Position numbers and translations under genes: made by a program. A model generated the notes under the pieces. The model was given only the letters and a program-made list of their open reading frames with translations, was not told the origin of the DNA and made no database searches. A DNA stretch of 64,000 nucleotides from a virus. Location: IMG/VR virus record IMGVR_UViG_3300044981_000387, positions 1-64,000 of that record. One strand, written 5' to 3'. Below, piece by piece: positions 57,739 to 64,000 of this stretch; position 1 is the first letter of the stretch, and each line of letters starts with the position of its first letter.

Positions 57739-58194
57739 ATGGATCAAAGCTGTAAAATAGCTGCACTTTATATAGCTACATTAAAGACTATAGCCCTAAT
57801 CCATCAGCAAAATCATTGGACTACAAAAGGCGATAGCTTTTATGGTGATCATTTATTATTCGAGAGAATATATAATTCTGCTTTAGAAAACCTAGACTTA
57901 GCAGCTGAAAAGTTTATGGGACTATTGGGGCCCGATTGTCTGGACTACACTTTACAGGCAGAATTGCTCCATAAAGTTCTATTGAAGTATAAGAGTCTGG
58001 AGGGCGAACCGCTGTCCATGTCCCTTTCCATTGAGAAAGATTTTCTTAAATTATCTCAGCAGGCCTACGATAGCTTTAAGGAAGACGAGGGCAAGCTGAC
58101 TTTGGGACTTGACGACATGCTAATGGCTATCGCCAGCAAACGTGAAGAAGCCGTCTATTTACTACAACAACCTCTTAGGGGCCACCATGAATAA
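57739..58194 (+). CDS. Dps/ferritin-like protein
   Basis: HW..KG..F...H.LFE..Y....D.AAE; GAGG RBS before MDQSC. Confidence 0.8.
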   Translation: MDQSCKIAALYIATLKTIALIHQQNHWTTKGDSFYGDHLLFERIYNSALENLDLAAEKFMGLLGPDCLDYTLQAELLHKVLLKYKSLEGEPLSMSLSIEKDFLKLSQQAYDSFKEDEGKLTLGLDDMLMAIASKREEAVYLLQQPLRGHHE

Positions 58195-58585
58195 AGAAGA
58201 TCTCATTTTACGCCAACTAGTTAAGATAGCTGATAAACAACAAAAAATTATTCAGAAACTAGCTCAAACAGTGGCTGAAAACCCATCTGGCGATATGAAT
58301 ATTACACCTCCTGCTCCTATGCAGGATCCTAATATTGAATATCTAATGGGTGCTATTCCAGTAGCAGCCGCCAATGTAGGTATCAATAATGTGGTAGTTA
58401 TAAGTGTAGATAAACAGCCGAGTGCCCAACCTAACTCGGGAGCTACCATGGATGATACCTATATAGCTCAAATTAAAGGCATTCCAACTAAACAAGGTAA
58501 TACTTTTAAGCAAGTATGGGATAAACAATTAGCCACCCAAAAACCCGATCTAGTGGGACGTGTTGGTTTCGCTTTCGTAAATTAA
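58187..58585 (+). CDS. Hypothetical protein with KQQKIIQKLAQ leader
   Basis: Likely start MNKED overlapping the Dps stop. Confidence 0.6.
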   Translation: MNKEDLILRQLVKIADKQQKIIQKLAQTVAENPSGDMNITPPAPMQDPNIEYLMGAIPVAAANVGINNVVVISVDKQPSAQPNSGATMDDTYIAQIKGIPTKQGNTFKQVWDKQLATQKPDLVGRVGFAFVN

Positions 58586-58598
58586 TAGGAGTAGAGTT

Positions 58599-58997
58599 AT
58601 GGATTCTAAAAAAGTTATTGAAAAGTTAGCTGGCATTGTTGCCAAACAACAAAAAATTATTGAAAAGTTGGCTCAAGCCGTACAGCTTCCAGGTAGCGGC
58701 GATCCAGTTTTAAGCGGTGGTAAAGATCCTACCCCTCCGGTACATCCAGCTGCTCCACAAAACTTTCAGCCAAAAACCCCCAATTTGCGTGATGCGGATA
58801 TTATTTTGGCTGCTTTACCCCCAGCTGTTAAACCAGCCGTAGCTAAATTAGAAGTGCATGATAATGATATCTTAGTCAGATTTCATTCTAATAAGGATAG
58901 CGACCAAGCTTTTAATACGGTAATTCAGACTGTTCATAGCTTGCAGGCTGCCAATAAACTATCGGGCCACACCTATCAAGTCAAGCAGGTAGCTTAA
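58599..58997 (+). CDS. Hypothetical protein with KQQKIIEKLAQ leader
   Basis: GGAG RBS; leader shared with the upstream gene. Confidence 0.65.
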   Translation: MDSKKVIEKLAGIVAKQQKIIEKLAQAVQLPGSGDPVLSGGKDPTPPVHPAAPQNFQPKTPNLRDADIILAALPPAVKPAVAKLEVHDNDILVRFHSNKDSDQAFNTVIQTVHSLQAANKLSGHTYQVKQVA

Positions 58998-59289
58998 TAC
59001 GATATTGTAGTGTCATATTTAGTGCCTCAAAAACATTGATATTGTCAATGAGAGAAATGTGCGTCAAAGTTAATAGAACCTCGCCCAAAGTGCGGGACTT
59101 TATATTTTGACGATCCTCTTCTGACATTTCAGTTCTGGCATCTAGTGCTTTATATAAATTAATTTTTAATAGTAATTCTTCCATCAAAACAGCGGTATTA
59201 GTCTGATTATCTTGATCAGTTTCTTGATGTAGTTGTTCGCATGCATTCCACAGATCATCAAAAGTCTTGAACGTACTATGTTCTGTCAT
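58981..59289 (-). CDS. Hypothetical helical protein
   Basis: 102-aa ORF. Confidence 0.55.
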   Translation of the reverse strand: MTEHSTFKTFDDLWNACEQLHQETDQDNQTNTAVLMEELLLKINLYKALDARTEMSEEDRQNIKSRTLGEVLLTLTHISLIDNINVFEALNMTLQYRIKLPA

Positions 59290-59474
59290 TGATCGGAATC
59301 ATCCATCAAAGCAATTTGCATCTCTTCTGTGCCTATTTCAGAAGTATAGATAAGAAACACTACTCCTTGCGAGCAGTCAATGGATACGGGTGCTTTCAGC
59401 TTCCCCACATAAAAGACTTGGTGATTTTTATCTTCTCTTGCACGCAATTCAATAACTAAGTTCTTATTAGACAT
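59286..59474 (-). CDS. Small hypothetical protein
   Basis: 62-aa ORF with GGAG RBS. Confidence 0.55.
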   Translation of the reverse strand: MSNKNLVIELRAREDKNHQVFYVGKLKAPVSIDCSQGVVFLIYTSEIGTEEMQIALMDDSDQ

Positions 59475-59502
59475 GTTGTCTCCAAATATTCAATAACAGA
59501 TA

Positions 59503-59976
59503 TTATCTTTTGTAAAAATTAATCACATCATTAGAGAGCTTAATGACGTTTAGTTTCTTCCAATGATGACTGAGAAGAGTGGAATATTGGGTATTCAATA
59601 ATTCAGAAACAACGGGTGGATCAAAACTAATACCATTATCTAGAATCTGAAACTCGCGCCCTCGTTCAATTAACGCCTGAGAGGCTAAAGCATATAATGT
59701 GGCGCCCTCTACTAACACTTCAGTAAAGGTCTCTACAAATAGACTATCTTCCAAAGAATAATAGGTAAAAGTAGGTATTTGATTAAACTCCGAAATAGAT
59801 AAGTCAATAAAGCTTTCTAATACCTCTTTAGTATAAATATCACAATCTACATAAATAGTATTACCCTCTGTATCAGAGGACTTGGTTTTACCACTACTAC
59901 GCAGCCTATCTTGAAGAAAAGATACTAAGGTGTCAGAGTTAGTTTGGGCGGTGTCAGAAAGTTTCTTGTTTCTCAT
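59503..59976 (-). CDS. Hypothetical protein, possibly head-tail connector/neck-like
   Basis: 157 aa; helical adaptor-like pattern; TGATATAT motif upstream. Confidence 0.45.
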   Translation of the reverse strand: MRNKKLSDTAQTNSDTLVSFLQDRLRSSGKTKSSDTEGNTIYVDCDIYTKEVLESFIDLSISEFNQIPTFTYYSLEDSLFVETFTEVLVEGATLYALASQALIERGREFQILDNGISFDPPVVSELLNTQYSTLLSHHWKKLNVIKLSNDVINFYKR

Positions 59977-60006
59977 ATCGACTTATATATCAGCAGCTTA
60001 TATTAG

Positions 60007-60082
60007 TGGTGCCCTCAGCAAGAATTGCACCTGCGACATTCGCCTTAGGAGAGCGACGTTCTATCTGCTGAACTATGAGGGC
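60007..60082 (-). tRNA. tRNA-Arg (anticodon CCU), CCA encoded
   Basis: GCCCTCA/TGAGGGC acceptor, GTTC/GAAC D stem, TCGCT-CTCCTAA-GGCGA, T loop TGCAATT, ACCA end. Confidence 0.92.
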
Positions 60083-60089
60083 GTTCTAT

Positions 60090-60638
60090 TTATGCCTTAC
60101 TTTTAGTAGGAGACACGATAAGCCACATAAACTTACCTTCAAGGGAAATCTGTGGATTTGGTTGAATTAGTCCATCTAATTCTTTAACGATAAAATCTAA
60201 TTTTTCTTTACCAATATTAGAATGAGTTATTTCGCGACCCCTAAACCTAACCGTAAACTTGACCCTATTGCCATCTTCCAAAAACCCTTTAGCTTGTTCT
60301 AGCTTGTGGTTTAAGTCGTTTTCGTCAGTTGAAGGTCTAAAAGTAAGCTCCTTTAATTCCTGCACCGTTTGGTTCTTTTTGGCAGCTTGTTGCTTTTTCT
60401 TTTCTTCATATTTCATCTTGCCAAAATCGGCGATGCGACACACTGGGGGCACGGCTTTTGGATTAATTTCAATTAAATCTAGACCTTCATCTTGAGCTAG
60501 CTTGAGGGCCTCTCGGGTGCCCATGATGCCACCGTTCTTACCATCACTTAAGATAACTTGAACTTGGGGCACTCTTATATGGTGATTAATACGAGTCCTA
60601 TATTGTTGCTGTTGTTGATTATTGGCGGTGGTCTGCAT
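60090..60638 (-). CDS. infC: Translation initiation factor IF3
   Basis: RIN..IR.PQV, EALKLAQ..GLDLIEI.P...PPVCRIADFGK.KYE, KVKF-like RVKFTVRFRGRE. Confidence 0.95.
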   Translation of the reverse strand: MQTTANNQQQQQYRTRINHHIRVPQVQVILSDGKNGGIMGTREALKLAQDEGLDLIEINPKAVPPVCRIADFGKMKYEEKKKQQAAKKNQTVQELKELTFRPSTDENDLNHKLEQAKGFLEDGNRVKFTVRFRGREITHSNIGKEKLDFIVKELDGLIQPNPQISLEGKFMWLIVSPTKSKA

Positions 60639-61131
60639 TTATTGCGAGTTTCTCCTGTAATACTTCTTGGGCTGCTTGTAGTAAATCTTCTTTGCGATTA
60701 GTAGTATAAAATTGACCGATAATATTTCGGGTATTATAAACCTCATAACCCATATCTGTCAAGAGTTGAAAGACTTTGTCGTGAGTGGGCTCTACCACAA
60801 TTTTATCTAATTCTAGAGCCACAGCTAATGGACAAAAATTACCGTTTTCATAGTTAAATGAATCTAACACCATTTCACCTGGATAATCAATGACTCTTTG
60901 TAATTGTTCAGTAGTTAATTGTCGCAAGCCGTTTTTAAGGCCAGTTTTGCGTGGGTCTTCAAGAGGGTGAAGATTTTTTACCGAGCATGGAGCACTATAG
61001 CCTTTGTCAAACTTAACCATTACAGTCTCATAAGGCGTTCCTTCACCATCGTGAGCGCCCTCGACGAAACCATTTTCTCCATCCAGTCCAGTTTTCATAC
61101 CTTTATATTTGACGTATGATCCTATTTTCAT
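60619..61131 (-). CDS. Hypothetical protein with N-terminal KOW/SH3-like segment
   Basis: MKIGSYVKYKG...G.VEG pattern. Confidence 0.55.
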   Translation of the reverse strand: MKIGSYVKYKGMKTGLDGENGFVEGAHDGEGTPYETVMVKFDKGYSAPCSVKNLHPLEDPRKTGLKNGLRQLTTEQLQRVIDYPGEMVLDSFNYENGNFCPLAVALELDKIVVEPTHDKVFQLLTDMGYEVYNTRNIIGQFYTTNRKEDLLQAAQEVLQEKLAINADHRQ

Positions 61132-61299
61132 TTATTCCATCTTGCTCAATTTATAAATCAAAGAATACATTTCAGCTTGAAGTTTTTCAGCAGAAATGCT
61201 TTTACCATCGGCGCCAGTTTTTACAACGCCTGTTTTATGACGAGTTTCTAGCTCTTCGCGTAAAGCTTTAATTTGGCTTTGTAATTCTAATCTGGTCAT
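61132..61299 (-). CDS. Small hypothetical protein (55 aa), not in ORF track
   Basis: Translated by hand: MTRLELQSQIK...LSKME-TAA; TGATATAT motif upstream. Confidence 0.6.
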   Translation of the reverse strand: MTRLELQSQIKALREELETRHKTGVVKTGADGKSISAEKLQAEMYSLIYKLSKME

Positions 61300-61320
61300 G
61301 GTAAATTATATATCATTCTA

Positions 61321-61566
61321 TTAGCTATCATTTTTAGCAAAAGACTTGCCTAAATAATATAATCCAATAAAGGGACTAGCAGCACACATAACCAGCAAAA
61401 CAAGAGGCCAGGCAGCAGCTATAATAAATGTTATCATTAACATAGCGTCGCTATCATCATAAAATGCATTAGGATCTTTAGGGGCTTTCTTACCTGCTAT
61501 GAAGGCTCCAATACCCATAATTATAATTGACACCATTATCCAAATAACTACATATACGCTTATCAT
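61321..61566 (-). CDS. Small two-helix membrane protein
   Basis: Two hydrophobic segments; AAAWP...SPF motif. Confidence 0.6.
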   Translation of the reverse strand: MISVYVVIWIMVSIIIMGIGAFIAGKKAPKDPNAFYDDSDAMLMITFIIAAAWPLVLLVMCAASPFIGLYYLGKSFAKNDS

Positions 61567-61569
61567 ATT

Positions 61570-61803
61570 TTATTTCCTTGTGGCTAAAAAACGACCCATA
61601 TGATACAGGGCTACAAAAGGTGCCATCGCACAAGCTAGCGCCAATACTCCGGGCCAGGTGGCAGCCAACCAAAAAGCAGGCACCATTATGCTTTCAGCTT
61701 CTTTAATTTTGCCACTAGCTTTTTGATAACCAGCTACCACAGCTCCAATGGCAATAATCACTGGCATCATACCAAAATATATAGTAAAATACAAATCAAT
61801 CAT
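61570..61803 (-). CDS. Small two-helix membrane protein, paralog of 61321..61566
   Basis: AATWP...APF motif; AGGA RBS. Confidence 0.6.
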   Translation of the reverse strand: MIDLYFTIYFGMMPVIIAIGAVVAGYQKASGKIKEAESIMVPAFWLAATWPGVLALACAMAPFVALYHMGRFLATRK

Positions 61804-61821
61804 ACATTTCCTTAATTAAGT

Positions 61822-61895
61822 TGGAGGGCCTTCCGGGAGTTAAACCCAGCTCTGCGAGTTTAGAGTTCGCGGCACAATCGCTATACCAAAAGCCC
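61822..61895 (-). tRNA. tRNA with CUA (amber-decoding) anticodon, non-canonical D and T loops, CCA encoded
   Basis: GGGCTTT/AAGGCCC acceptor, GTAT/GTGC D stem, GCGAA-CTCTAAA-CTCGC, CTGGG-TTTAACT-CCCGG, TCCA end. Confidence 0.85.
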
Positions 61896-61903
61896 CTTTA
61901 TCT

Positions 61904-62116
61904 TCAGTTCAAGTTGGTAAATTGTTTAATCGGAGGGTTTTTGACTTCATCCAATGTGGGCAATTCTTCTTTATTTAATTCTGCCTCAAACTCTTGTCTT
62001 TGACGATCGGCTCTCTTCTCAAACCAATCTTCCGCAAAACGCCATACAACACCCAAAACTGCACCCGCCAATACTACCAAACCCATTAGTTCTACTAACC
62101 ACATGACTTGCCTCAA
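61904..62116 (-). CDS. Small protein with N-terminal membrane anchor
   Basis: Hydrophobic first 26 aa then charged tail. Confidence 0.55.
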   Translation of the reverse strand: MRQVMWLVELMGLVVLAGAVLGVVWRFAEDWFEKRADRQRQEFEAELNKEELPTLDEVKNPPIKQFTNLN

Positions 62117-63078
62117 CTTAATGCCATCATTCGATTGATGGACAACCTAGCACCATTCATCAATTCCTCTGACATTATTATCTGAGGATCCAAATCTCTT
62201 AAAGAGAGATATACCTTCTCCAAAGTATTCTTCTTCATGTAAGGGCACTCATTGCAAGCGCAGCTGGCTTCCGGAGGAGCTGGAATAAAAATTTTATCAG
62301 GGCAAGCTTTACGCATCTGATGTAGGATACCCGATTCTGTGGCCACAATAAACTCGGAAGCGGAACTGGATACCGCATATTTGAGTAGTCCAGTGGTGGA
62401 TGAAATATGATCTGCCATATTAAGAATGGCTTCCTCGCATTCCGGATGAGCAATAATGAGGGCTTGCGGATGTCGAGTTTTGAGAGCAATCAACTTTCTT
62501 TGACTGAAAGTCTCATGCACCACACAGGTGCCTTGCCACAAAACCATGGGAATGTCGGTCTTTTTGATAATATAGGCTCCCAGGTGCTTATCGGGAGCAA
62601 ACAGCAGTTGTGAGCCATTCTGGGCGGCATGTCTAACAATTTTTTCGGCATTGGAAGAGGTGCAAATATAATCGGATAAGGCCTTGACTTCCGCCGAACA
62701 GTTGATGTAGCTAATAACAATGGAATCGGGATATTGAGCTTTCCAATGGGCAAACTGATCGGCAGGACAACCGTCAGCTAAAGAACAGCCAGCCGTTAAG
62801 TCGGGAAGCACCACTATTTTATTGGGACTAAGAATCTTGGCGGTTTCAGCCATAAAATGGACACCGCAAAAACATATAGTGTCAGCGTTAGTAGCGGCAG
62901 CTTGTTGCGACAGTTGCAAAGAATCACCAATAAAGTCGGCTACATCTTGAATGTCGGAATCTTGATAATAATGGGCCAAGATAACGGCATTACGACTTTT
63001 CTTCAGCTTATCAATCTCTGCTTCCAAATCGAGAGAAGGATCGACATACGGCTGATTGAGAATCGGTAGATTATTCAT
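62113..63078 (-). CDS. nadA: Quinolinate synthase A (NAD biosynthesis)
   Basis: ILAHYYQ, GDSLQL, CGVHFMAE, GCSLAD, YINCS, APDKHLG, CVVH, AHPEC, CPYMK. Confidence 0.96.
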   Translation of the reverse strand: MNNLPILNQPYVDPSLDLEAEIDKLKKSRNAVILAHYYQDSDIQDVADFIGDSLQLSQQAAATNADTICFCGVHFMAETAKILSPNKIVVLPDLTAGCSLADGCPADQFAHWKAQYPDSIVISYINCSAEVKALSDYICTSSNAEKIVRHAAQNGSQLLFAPDKHLGAYIIKKTDIPMVLWQGTCVVHETFSQRKLIALKTRHPQALIIAHPECEEAILNMADHISSTTGLLKYAVSSSASEFIVATESGILHQMRKACPDKIFIPAPPEASCACNECPYMKKNTLEKVYLSLRDLDPQIIMSEELMNGARLSINRMMALS

Positions 63079-63280
63079 TTATCACAGCCAATTCATCAGA
63101 AATGAAACGAACACTGACATCAAAATATTCTTTTCCATTATCTACCACTGGATTATCAAGAAGAACTTTGATGGTACCCGCGCCTTCCCAACCCTCATCG
63201 ATCAAGACAATTTTACCCATACGATTATGAAAGCGCTCTTCGTTAGGAGTATTTACTTTAACACGATCATTAACTTTCAT
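63071..63280 (-). CDS. Small KOW/SH3-like hypothetical protein
   Basis: MKVNDRVKV...GKIVLID. Confidence 0.5.
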   Translation of the reverse strand: MKVNDRVKVNTPNEERFHNRMGKIVLIDEGWEGAGTIKVLLDNPVVDNGKEYFDVSVRFISDELAVINE

Positions 63281-63555
63281 CTGATACTCCTATAGCCTTT
63301 ATTGAAACACTCATCCATATCCAAATCGTGATGAATTAGTCTCAGCTTACAACCATAATGTAGTTGAAGCCAAGTATAGATAGTTTCATCTTTGTCTAAC
63401 AAATAAGCATGCGTGCATTCCACACTATCAACGAAAATATCCAACATTTCTTTGTGCTCATCGCACACAGCTTTATACCAAGTCTTCATTTTCCTTAACA
63501 AGCTCCAAATCGGCACCCTCATGACCGTTGCCACCCGACCAATTAGAAAGAACAA
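63277..63555 (-). CDS. Hypothetical protein
   Basis: ORF overlapping neighbours; start uncertain. Confidence 0.45.
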   Translation of the reverse strand: MFFLIGRVATVMRVPIWSLLRKMKTWYKAVCDEHKEMLDIFVDSVECTHAYLLDKDETIYTWLQLHYGCKLRLIHHDLDMDECFNKGYRSIR

Positions 63556-63940
63556 TTTTACTTCCCAATTCTTGTTCTACTTGTCCAATGGCCCAATCAA
63601 GATCTAAGTCCCAAATCCAAATATTAAGATACACTGGCACGCCATCTAAAAAAATAATAGTGGCAGAACCTTCTTTACCTTTGCCGCCAGTAAACGATAT
63701 ATCTGTATATGTAATTCGTGGATCTGGCTCGGGATCTGGAAAACCATCTATTTTGTTGATCATTTTATAATATTCAGATAGTTTCATTTTCCAATTCTTC
63801 TTTCCATTTTTCATTGCAGGAATCTTTATGACATAATTCATGGGGCCAACCCATAGTGGCAAAATCCCATTTACCTTCCAATAAGAGCAAAACATCTCGT
63901 GGCAAAACATATCCCATGCTTTCATAAATGGGTGTGCCAC
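63473..63940 (-). CDS. Hypothetical protein (true start probably the internal MKLSEY)
   Basis: The 5' part overlaps 63774..63983 in another frame. Confidence 0.45.
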   Translation of the reverse strand: MAHPFMKAWDMFCHEMFCSYWKVNGILPLWVGPMNYVIKIPAMKNGKKNWKMKLSEYYKMINKIDGFPDPEPDPRITYTDISFTGGKGKEGSATIIFLDGVPVYLNIWIWDLDLDWAIGQVEQELGSKIVLSNWSGGNGHEGADLELVKENEDLV

Positions 63941-63983
63941 AATATATGCATTGTCGTTGAGCCATAAAAGGTAATTGAATCAT
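63774..63983 (-). CDS. Small zinc-binding hypothetical protein
   Basis: CIYC and CH..C motifs. Confidence 0.45.
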   Translation of the reverse strand: MIQLPFMAQRQCIYCGTPIYESMGYVLPRDVLLLLEGKWDFATMGWPHELCHKDSCNEKWKEELENETI

Positions 63984-64000
63984 AAATCCCGATAATCCTT

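Noticed and set aside
61822-61895. Calling the CUA tRNA a pyrrolysine tRNA
   Set aside because: The T arm and missing GG/TpsiC resemble tRNA-Pyl, but it lacks the 6-bp anticodon stem, 3-nt variable loop, short D loop and G73, and no pyl genes are in the window.
61821-62003. Plus-strand 60-aa ORF in the track
   Set aside because: It is antisense to the CUA tRNA and a minus-strand gene.
1497-63769. Many short plus-strand and alternate-frame ORFs nested in long genes (for example 4460..4756, 16324..16806, 24525..24833, 42529..42858)
   Set aside because: Shadow ORFs overlapping well-supported genes, with no recognisable motifs or RBS.

Overview
This 64 kb, AT-rich, very gene-dense window is almost entirely coded on the minus strand. 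It is best explained as part of a huge (jumbo) bacteriophage genome, not a cellular chromosome (inference from gene mix). It combines divergent host-like replication and repair genes (DnaE, a split DnaG, RecA, SbcCD, RuvC-like, TopA, FtsK, gp32-like SSB, dNMP kinase) with translation and proteostasis genes (trigger factor, peptide deformylase fused to SEC-C, IF3, S21, DnaJ, a ClpP/ClpR-like pair, a CCA-type nucleotidyltransferase, DksA/TraR-like protein). It also carries NadA, a Dps-like ferritin, free-standing homing-endonuclease-like genes and many hypothetical, probably virion, proteins. Two tRNAs lie near the right end: tRNA-Arg(CCU) and a non-canonical tRNA with a CUA (amber) anticodon. 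The strongest signal is that none of the roughly 100 plausible genes whose stop codon I read by eye ends in TAG, and I found no gene interrupted by an in-frame TAG. Other highlights are a primase whose zinc-binding and catalytic domains are separate genes about 22 kb apart, a nucleotidyltransferase with an altered templating motif, a cysteine-less thioredoxin, and a recurrent TGATATAT promoter-like motif that in three cases sits at leaderless spacing from the ATG. All family calls are from motif recognition by eye; no database searches were run.
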